64,000 nt of DNA from positions 5,080 to 69,079 of the forward strand of contig NJDH01000003.1 of the NCBI GenBank assembly GCA_002254405.1, read 5' to 3'. The stretch is from Candidatus Altiarchaeales archaeon ex4484_96 (GTDB lineage Archaea; Altiarchaeota; Altiarchaeia; IMC4; QMZM01). The notes beneath the pieces were generated by a model. That model saw only the letters and a list, made by a program, of their open reading frames with translations, did no database searches and was not told where the DNA came from. Both the position numbers and the translations under genes were made by a program. Numbering within the stretch: position 1 is the first letter of the stretch; every line of letters begins with the position of its first letter. Positions 57,801 through 64,000 of this stretch are shown here, in pieces.

Positions 57801-59222
57801 ATGGATTTCACGCAGATAAGAGAGGGTGTTTGGGAGCACCGAAGCGATGGACTGAATGTCCCTGTGAGGGTGTATGCCAAGGAGAAAGTCTTTAGGGAGA
57901 TGGAGGAGGGGGTTTTTAAGCAGGCCTCTAATGTTGCCAGGCTGCCTGGGATAGAAAAGGCCTCTCTGGTGATGCCCGACGGACACTATGGCTATGGTTT
58001 CCCCATAGGGGGGGTTGCAGCATTCAATCTGGAGGATGGTGTTGTCAGCCCCGGCGGCGTAGGCTATGATATAAACTGTGGCGTGCGTCTTTTATCATCC
58101 AGTCTCGGGGAAGCGGATGTGCGCCCTAGGCTAAAAAAGCTGGTGGATGCGCTGTTTGATAATATACCCTGTGGGGTGGGCCGGGACAGCACTCTGAGGC
58201 TTTCTCTGGGGGAACTGGATGATGTTTCTCTTGCGGGAGCCCGCTGGGCTGTTGAGAAGGGATATGGCTTGGATAGGGATTTACAACACATTGAAGAGTA
58301 TGGTTCAATTGATGGGGCCAACCCAGCTAATGTGGGCAAGAAGGCTAAATCAAGGGGTAAATCCCAGTTGGGTACGCTTGGCTCAGGCAATCATTTTTTG
58401 GAGGTTCAAAGGGTTGATAAAATATTTGATGCGGTAGCGGCTAAAAAATATGGGATAGAGCGGGAGGGTCAGGTTACTGTTATGGTTCACTGCGGGTCCC
58501 GTGGATTCGGGCATCAGATAGCTGATGATTACATCAAGTTAATGCTTTCTGCTTCGGCTAAATACGGCATCAGATTGCCTGATAGGGAGCTTGCATGCGC
58601 TCCGCTTTCTTCTAAGGAAGCATCTGATTATTTATCAGCCATGTATTGTGCCGTGAACTATGCTTTTGCCAACCGACAGGTTATAACCCACTGGATCAGG
58701 CAGACATTTAATGATGTTTTCAGGCAGGATGTCGATTTATCCTTAACCTATGATGTCTGCCATAACATCGCTAAATACGAAAAACACCGCCTTAGTGGAA
58801 AAAAACAAAAATTGTGCATACACCGTAAGGGGGCGACACGGGCCTTTGCATCCGGCAGAAAGGAGATACCTGAAATATATCGGGAATTCGGCCAGCCGGT
58901 TATTATACCCGGGGATATGGGAACATGCTCTTATCTTTTAGCGGGAACGGATAAGGCAATGGATGAGACCTTCGGGAGCACATGCCATGGTGCCGGTAGA
59001 TTAATGTCCAGGCGCAAGGCTATAGCATCATTTAGGGGGGATAAAATCCAAAAAGAGCTTGCTAAACGGGGTGTTTTTGTGAAGGCCACCCACCCTAAAA
59101 TGCTCGCAGAGGAAGCCTCGAAAGCATACAAGGACGTGAATGAAATAATCGATAGCGTGGAGTTGACTGGTATTTCAAAAAAGATTGCGAGATTCACACC
59201 TCTTGGTGTGGCTAAGGGGTGA
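57801..59222 (+). CDS. rtcB: tRNA-splicing ligase RtcB
   Basis: MPDGHYGYGFPIGG, DINCGVR, GSGNHFLE, HRKGATR, CHGAGR. Confidence 0.97.
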   Translation: MDFTQIREGVWEHRSDGLNVPVRVYAKEKVFREMEEGVFKQASNVARLPGIEKASLVMPDGHYGYGFPIGGVAAFNLEDGVVSPGGVGYDINCGVRLLSSSLGEADVRPRLKKLVDALFDNIPCGVGRDSTLRLSLGELDDVSLAGARWAVEKGYGLDRDLQHIEEYGSIDGANPANVGKKAKSRGKSQLGTLGSGNHFLEVQRVDKIFDAVAAKKYGIEREGQVTVMVHCGSRGFGHQIADDYIKLMLSASAKYGIRLPDRELACAPLSSKEASDYLSAMYCAVNYAFANRQVITHWIRQTFNDVFRQDVDLSLTYDVCHNIAKYEKHRLSGKKQKLCIHRKGATRAFASGRKEIPEIYREFGQPVIIPGDMGTCSYLLAGTDKAMDETFGSTCHGAGRLMSRRKAIASFRGDKIQKELAKRGVFVKATHPKMLAEEASKAYKDVNEIIDSVELTGISKKIARFTPLGVAKG

Positions 59223-59908
59223 TTTTTTTGAAGAAACCTTTTGTTTACATTAATGCTGCCATGTCCCTTGACGGGAAGATTTCAACCATTGAAAGAAGGC
59301 AGGTGAGGATTTCATCCGACAGGGACATGAGCAGAGTAGACGCCCTCAGAGCCAGCTCTGATGCTGTTTTGGTCGGGAAAAACACCTTAATCACAGACGA
59401 CCCCAAGCTCACCGTTAAATCATCCGCTTTGAGAGAGGAAAGAATTAAAAAGGGTTTACCGGCTAATCCCCTGAAGGTGGCCTTAGGCTGTATAAACGAA
59501 TTAAACATCGACTCTGATTTTCTAAACCACGGGCAAGCAGGGAAGATTTTGTTCACGACCAGTAAATCCGATAACCTGAAGATTGATGAGCTGAAAACCA
59601 AGGCAACCGTTTACGTTAGCAGCGAAGATGAAATAAACCTGGATTATGTATTGGAAACACTTTATAAACTGGGTGTGAGGCGGTTGATGGTTGAGGGAGG
59701 TGGCCGAACCATCTACCGTTTCTTGGCTGCGGGTGTTGTTGACGAGGTTTATGTTTGTGTTGCTCCTATAATCTATGGGGGTGAGGATGCTCCGACCCTG
59801 GTTGATGGTGCGGGCTTCACATCGGATAATGCAATAAAATTAGAGCTTTTTTCTATGGAGAAGGAAGGCAGTGAACTGGTTTTGAAATACAGGGTGTTAG
59901 ATGCTTAA
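59219..59908 (+). CDS. arfC: 2,5-diamino-6-(ribosylamino)-4(3H)-pyrimidinone 5'-phosphate reductase
   Basis: AAMSLDGKI, DAVLVG..T...DDP.L, MVEGGG. Confidence 0.88.
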   Translation: MIFLKKPFVYINAAMSLDGKISTIERRQVRISSDRDMSRVDALRASSDAVLVGKNTLITDDPKLTVKSSALREERIKKGLPANPLKVALGCINELNIDSDFLNHGQAGKILFTTSKSDNLKIDELKTKATVYVSSEDEINLDYVLETLYKLGVRRLMVEGGGRTIYRFLAAGVVDEVYVCVAPIIYGGEDAPTLVDGAGFTSDNAIKLELFSMEKEGSELVLKYRVLDA

Positions 59909-60526
59909 CTCATCCTCCCCTGGGGTGATGACCCTGGTTTTGGTTTCTTTTTCGACTTTTTTCTTGAAATAATCAGCGTCCGCCTTCGAGCCTATTATGC
60001 TTCCCCAGTGCATCGGCATTGCATGGGCCGGCTTAATCACTTTAACTGATTCAGCGGCTTCGGCGGCGTTCATGGTGTATTTACCCCCAACAGGTAGTAA
60101 AGCAAGCGTGACCTCCCCCAGATGCTTCATCTCAGCTATTAAATCGGTGCTTCCAGCGTGATAAACAGTTTTATCCCCTGATTTAATCAGGTAACCTACT
60201 CCATCCCCCTTTTTGTGGAAATGTTTTTTGTTGTTGTATGCTTCAACCGCTTTAATGTGTATCTCATGGAGGTTTATGAGGTCGCCTGCTCGCACAACAG
60301 CAGAGTCCTCTATTCTTTTCGATGCCTCAACCCCCGCTATTATCGCGGTATTTGGTTTGCTTATAATCCTGATGTTTTTTTTATCGCAGTGGTCGTAGTG
60401 CTCGTGTGTGACGAGTATAATATCTGCTTTAGGGGGTTTATCCGGTATAATGTAGGGGTCTACGTAGATTATCTTCTTTTTTGTGGTTATGATAAAGCTA
60501 GCGTTCCCAAGCCATTTAATCTTCAT
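59897..60526 (-). CDS. Metallo-beta-lactamase-fold hydrolase
   Basis: VDPY, THEHYDH, PVGG.YTM, PMHWG. Confidence 0.9.
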   Translation of the reverse strand: MKIKWLGNASFIITTKKKIIYVDPYIIPDKPPKADIILVTHEHYDHCDKKNIRIISKPNTAIIAGVEASKRIEDSAVVRAGDLINLHEIHIKAVEAYNNKKHFHKKGDGVGYLIKSGDKTVYHAGSTDLIAEMKHLGEVTLALLPVGGKYTMNAAEAAESVKVIKPAHAMPMHWGSIIGSKADADYFKKKVEKETKTRVITPGEDELSI

Positions 60527-60569
60527 TTCAATACCTAATCTATACTATTATTTAGATAAATCACCTAAA

Positions 60570-61511
60570 ATGTTTTGCCCAGGATGCGGAGCTAAATCAA
60601 AAGGATTATGCCTTAGATGCTATCTAAAGAGCAACCCGATTTTTTTTGGGGATGTTTTTTTGATTAAATGCAGCTGCGGGAGGGTTAAATACAAAAACCA
60701 TTGGTTTAGGGATTTAGATGATATACTGGACTCGGTTTTAGAGGATAATCTTGTTGTCCCGGAGCAGATTAATACCCTTGAATTTGAACTGATGGATTAT
60801 GCTGCTGATAAAAACACCTTAAAGGTAAGGTTCAATTATAAAGGCAGATACTTGGATGAAACCTTCAGCCGGGAGATTGAAGGCAGTATAGGTTTTAGGG
60901 GGGGTAACTGCCCTTTCTGCGGCAAGATTGCTGGAGGATACTTTGAGTGCACACTCCAGCTTCGGATAGCAGACCCACCTCATTTATTCAAGGACATCAA
61001 CCCTGATATGGTATCTAAGATGGAGAAGGTGAGGGGTGGAGTGGATGTTTACCTGATTTCATCGGATTACGCTAACCAGCTTATGAAGCAGTATCGTGGG
61101 ATGGGGTTTTTTGTTAAAGACTCTTATACCCTTATGGGTAAGAAGGAGGGTAAGGACGTCTATCGGTCGACTATCTCGGTTAAGGAGCCGGCTTTTGGCG
61201 TAGGCGACTTCATAAAACACGATAACAAAAACATGCAGGTTTTGGAGTTGGGTTCTACTGTGAGGCTCCGTGTGCTTTCATCTGGAAAAAATATTTCTCT
61301 TCCGTTAAACAGCATAGCTGACTATAAGCCGGTTGCTAAAAAAAACCAGATAAATAAATGTATTGTGACCTCGGTATCACCTGGAGATACTCAGCTGCTT
61401 TTTTTAGGGGACAATAAAACCTTAGAGCTAGGATATGTGGTTGATGGATTAAAGCCAGGTGTTGAAGTGAACGCAATAAGATTAGATGATAAAGTCTATA
61501 TCCTCAAGTAG
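60570..61511 (+). CDS. nmd3: NMD3 family ribosome biogenesis protein
   Basis: MFCPGCG...LCLRC, CPFC....GYFE..LQLR; ATG at 60570. Confidence 0.88.
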   Translation: MFCPGCGAKSKGLCLRCYLKSNPIFFGDVFLIKCSCGRVKYKNHWFRDLDDILDSVLEDNLVVPEQINTLEFELMDYAADKNTLKVRFNYKGRYLDETFSREIEGSIGFRGGNCPFCGKIAGGYFECTLQLRIADPPHLFKDINPDMVSKMEKVRGGVDVYLISSDYANQLMKQYRGMGFFVKDSYTLMGKKEGKDVYRSTISVKEPAFGVGDFIKHDNKNMQVLELGSTVRLRVLSSGKNISLPLNSIADYKPVAKKNQINKCIVTSVSPGDTQLLFLGDNKTLELGYVVDGLKPGVEVNAIRLDDKVYILK

Positions 61512-61717
61512 CGTTTCCTGTTTTCCTGAAAACTCAGCCACTCCTCCTCAGAAGCGAACACAACGGCTTCCTCTATTAAAGAGCAGTCGCCGCACAGGTA
61601 TCTTACGGCTATTACGTTGTCTATTAGCTCAGATGTTGGATGCGATTCTCTTTCGGTTGGTAGCTCCATCAAAGCAAGCTTTCTGGACCCGCATCTTGGG
61701 CATGCTCTTATCTTCAT
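61496..61717 (-). CDS. Small Zn-ribbon protein
   Basis: CPRCGS...YLCGDC; ATGA-coupled to purB. Confidence 0.7.
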   Translation of the reverse strand: MKIRACPRCGSRKLALMELPTERESHPTSELIDNVIAVRYLCGDCSLIEEAVVFASEEEWLSFQENRKRYLRI

Positions 61718-63048
61718 TTCAATTCCTTCAAAACCCGATTAACCTGCTTCACTGCCGTTCCGATATACTGGCTGGGGTCAAGGGATTTATCTAATTCTTT
61801 TTCACTCAGTTTTTCTTTTATTTCCTTGTTTTCCAAAAGTGTTTTTTTGAAATCCATATCCTTCTTATAGCTTTGCAGGGCGCATTCTCTTGTCAGCTTA
61901 TGTGCGTTATCCCTGCTTACGCCCTTTGAAACAAGCGCGACCATAACCGATTCGGCCATAATCCTGCCGTGTGATAGGTTGAGGTTTTTTTCTATCGCCT
62001 TATGGTCGAATACGAGGTTTTTTATTAAGTCGATGGATAAGCTCAGTATATAATCCGTGAGAATACAGGCTTCAGGTATTATTATTCTCTCGCAGCTGGA
62101 GTTGGTTAAATCCCGCTCATGCCATAAAGCTATGTTATCCAGGGAGGCGAATGCATCCGCTTTTATGACCCGGCTTAAACCGCTTATTCTCTCCGCTAGT
62201 ATGGGGTTCATCTTGTGCGGCATGGTTGACGAACCAACCTGTTTCTTCCCGAAGCCTTCTCGAACCTCACCTATTTCTGTTCTCTGAAGGTTTCTTATCT
62301 CGGTGGCTATTTTGTTTAGGGTCTCCGATATTAAAGCCAGAAGCAGCAGGAATTCAGCGTGACGGTCTCTTTGTATTACCTGATTGGATACCCTAACGGG
62401 TTCAAGTTCAAGCTCATTCATCATGTGTTTTTGGATTAACTGGGCTTTTTCTCCCAGGGCAGCCTGGGTTCCAACCGCGCCGGTTAGCTGCCCGACGAGT
62501 ATTCTTTTTTTTGTTTCCCCGAGCCTATCAAGGTGTCTTTGCACTTCCGTGGCGTAGATGGCGAACTTCAGACCGTATGTTGTGGGGGTTGCATGCTGAC
62601 CGTGTGTCCTGCCGATTGTTATGGTATCAACATGCCTGCCGGCCTGTTTCAGGAGCTCCTTTTTAAGCCCCATCAAGTCTTCCTCAAGATAAAAAACATA
62701 ATCCCTCAGCTGCAGGGCAAGAGCAGTATCCTGTATGTCGTTGCTTGTAGCACCCATGTGCACATAGCCGCCTTGGCTGCCGCATTGTTCGGCGAGAGCC
62801 TGGCAGATGGCCATCACATCATGGTTGATTTCTTTTTCTATCTGCTTAACCCGCGCAAGGCTAACGGTCCTGGTGTTTGCTTTCCTGGCCACTAAAGCCG
62901 CATCCTCTGGGGGTATGTTTCCCACCTTAGCGTGTGCTTTAACAAGGGCGGCTTCGACCTTGAGCATCCTAGCAAGCTTGCTTTCTTCATCAAAGATTTC
63001 TTTGACTTTTTTTCTCCCGTACCTTGACTCTATGGGGTGTATTGCCAT
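61714..63048 (-). CDS. purB: Adenylosuccinate lyase
   Basis: HDVMA, HMGATSND, GRTHGQHA, GSSTMPHKMNP, WHERDL. Confidence 0.97.
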   Translation of the reverse strand: MAIHPIESRYGRKKVKEIFDEESKLARMLKVEAALVKAHAKVGNIPPEDAALVARKANTRTVSLARVKQIEKEINHDVMAICQALAEQCGSQGGYVHMGATSNDIQDTALALQLRDYVFYLEEDLMGLKKELLKQAGRHVDTITIGRTHGQHATPTTYGLKFAIYATEVQRHLDRLGETKKRILVGQLTGAVGTQAALGEKAQLIQKHMMNELELEPVRVSNQVIQRDRHAEFLLLLALISETLNKIATEIRNLQRTEIGEVREGFGKKQVGSSTMPHKMNPILAERISGLSRVIKADAFASLDNIALWHERDLTNSSCERIIIPEACILTDYILSLSIDLIKNLVFDHKAIEKNLNLSHGRIMAESVMVALVSKGVSRDNAHKLTRECALQSYKKDMDFKKTLLENKEIKEKLSEKELDKSLDPSQYIGTAVKQVNRVLKELK

Positions 63049-63088
63049 CTTATTATCTATCGGAGGGATATATTAATATGTTTTATCA

Positions 63089-63466
63089 CTATTTTTTCCT
63101 CATCGCATAGGCGATGTCTATGTAGTATATGCCTTTCCTGGATTTGATTATCAGGGGGTCTCCTTTCATCAGGGAAGAGATATCAAGGCGATATTTTCCC
63201 TTACCTAACTGTATGAGGTTTTCAACATCCAAGCTGATGGTTTTATCATTGTCTTTAAGGTCTTCGCTAAATCTTTCCTCTATCCAGTTGAGGTCTTCAT
63301 CTGACAGCTTTTTTTCTATCAGCCTGTCTACCGCATCCTGCTGTTTTTCGCTGTCTTTCGCTCCTCTAATGTAGAGGAAAACCCTAGAACCGCAGCTGCA
63401 TCCCTCCATCAGCTCTCTTGCGTTGTCCTCGTATATTTTATTGCATCTGGCGCATTTATGGGGCAT
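63089..63466 (-). CDS. OapC/ArvC-like (DUF2072) Zn-ribbon protein
   Basis: MPHKCARC...GCSCGSRVFLY; ENL..LGKGKYRLDI..L; GIYYID. Confidence 0.85.
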   Translation of the reverse strand: MPHKCARCNKIYEDNARELMEGCSCGSRVFLYIRGAKDSEKQQDAVDRLIEKKLSDEDLNWIEERFSEDLKDNDKTISLDVENLIQLGKGKYRLDISSLMKGDPLIIKSRKGIYYIDIAYAMRKK

Positions 63467-63999
63467 TTTATGTTATCTGGGTTTTTTTTTAGGTTTAAAT
63501 AAATACTTGCTGTTAACATAAGAGATACGGGAACTATTAAAGCATAGTTTATTAGCAGATTAATAAATAGATTTTTTCCTGCGATGGTGGTTAGGTAATT
63601 GAGTGCAAACACCCCTGTTGCATATAAAAGAACGATGAAATAAACCCCCACATATCTTCCATCGGTTAGATGCCAGCTTTTTTTTATGCAATCGATATTT
63701 TCCATTTTCTCATAAACGTTAACCGCCACAGCGAATATTATTTTAACAAGTAAAGCAAGTATTGCCAGAATGTTAATAAAACCAATCGCGTACAGGATAG
63801 GTTGTTGGTTTAGCTGGTTTTGTGCAGATAACAGGTAGAGTATTATTCCTGAGGGGATGAGCATCATAAAGGCATAAAACAATAATATCAAAGCCAGGGT
63901 GGATGTTAGAAGCAGCATTCCGGGATAATGTTTGTGGTTTTCTTTTATGGTTTTCTCCCATAAGCTGATGCTGGTTATATCACTGGCTAAACCGCCTTT
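63409..63999 (-). CDS. 5'-truncated polytopic membrane protein
   Basis: Frame open to the window end; IKKSWHLTDGR motif of GDPD-membrane-domain-like proteins. Confidence 0.65.
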   Translation of the reverse strand, partial: KGGLASDITSISLWEKTIKENHKHYPGMLLLTSTLALILLFYAFMMLIPSGIILYLLSAQNQLNQQPILYAIGFINILAILALLVKIIFAVAVNVYEKMENIDCIKKSWHLTDGRYVGVYFIVLLYATGVFALNYLTTIAGKNLFINLLINYALIVPVSLMLTASIYLNLKKNPDNIKCPINAPDAIKYTRTTQES

Positions 64000-64000
64000 T

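Noticed and set aside
91-63961. Numerous short antisense or alternate-frame ORFs in the track (e.g. 26589-27245, 47125-47748, 54621-55220)
   Set aside because: They lie within well-supported genes and show no recognisable motifs; treated as shadow ORFs, except the frameshift continuation at 43788-44009.
63049-64000. Replication origin near the oapC-like gene
   Set aside because: No ORB-like repeats, no cdc6/orc1 and no adjacent oapA/oapB in the window.

Overview
Archaeal chromosomal window, shown by Rpo4, L44e/S27e, CarS, archaeal RFC, A-type ATPase, NMD3, Taw3 and archease. The mix of biosynthetic genes with DPANN-style Cys-rich/PKD surface proteins suggests a metabolically capable DPANN-like lineage such as Altiarchaeota, but that is inference only. 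Most of the window is housekeeping: an 11-gene Mrp Na+/H+ antiporter cluster head-to-head with A0-ATPase genes, aspS, ileS, thyX, an ECF transporter with split MetE, a MoxR operon, RtcB and purB. The standout is a two-locus candidate envelope machine built on one VirB2/TrbC-like pilin hairpin. Locus 1 (1-4168) holds pilin polyproteins, one with exactly ten Cys-bracketed tandem hairpins. Locus 2 (29245-46226) is a divergent cluster with five tandem VirB6/CedA-like paralogs, a 1598-aa Cys-rich anchored protein, a PH-domain membrane protein, and pilin hairpins fused or linked to transglutaminase-like, zincin-like and M15-like (cell-wall-type) peptidase domains plus PKD repeats. No VirB4/CedB-type ATPase, relaxase or integrase is in the window. 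At least six frame breaks or deletions, including a gutted rpl21e, mean read-level validation is needed. All family assignments come from motif recognition by eye; no database search was run.
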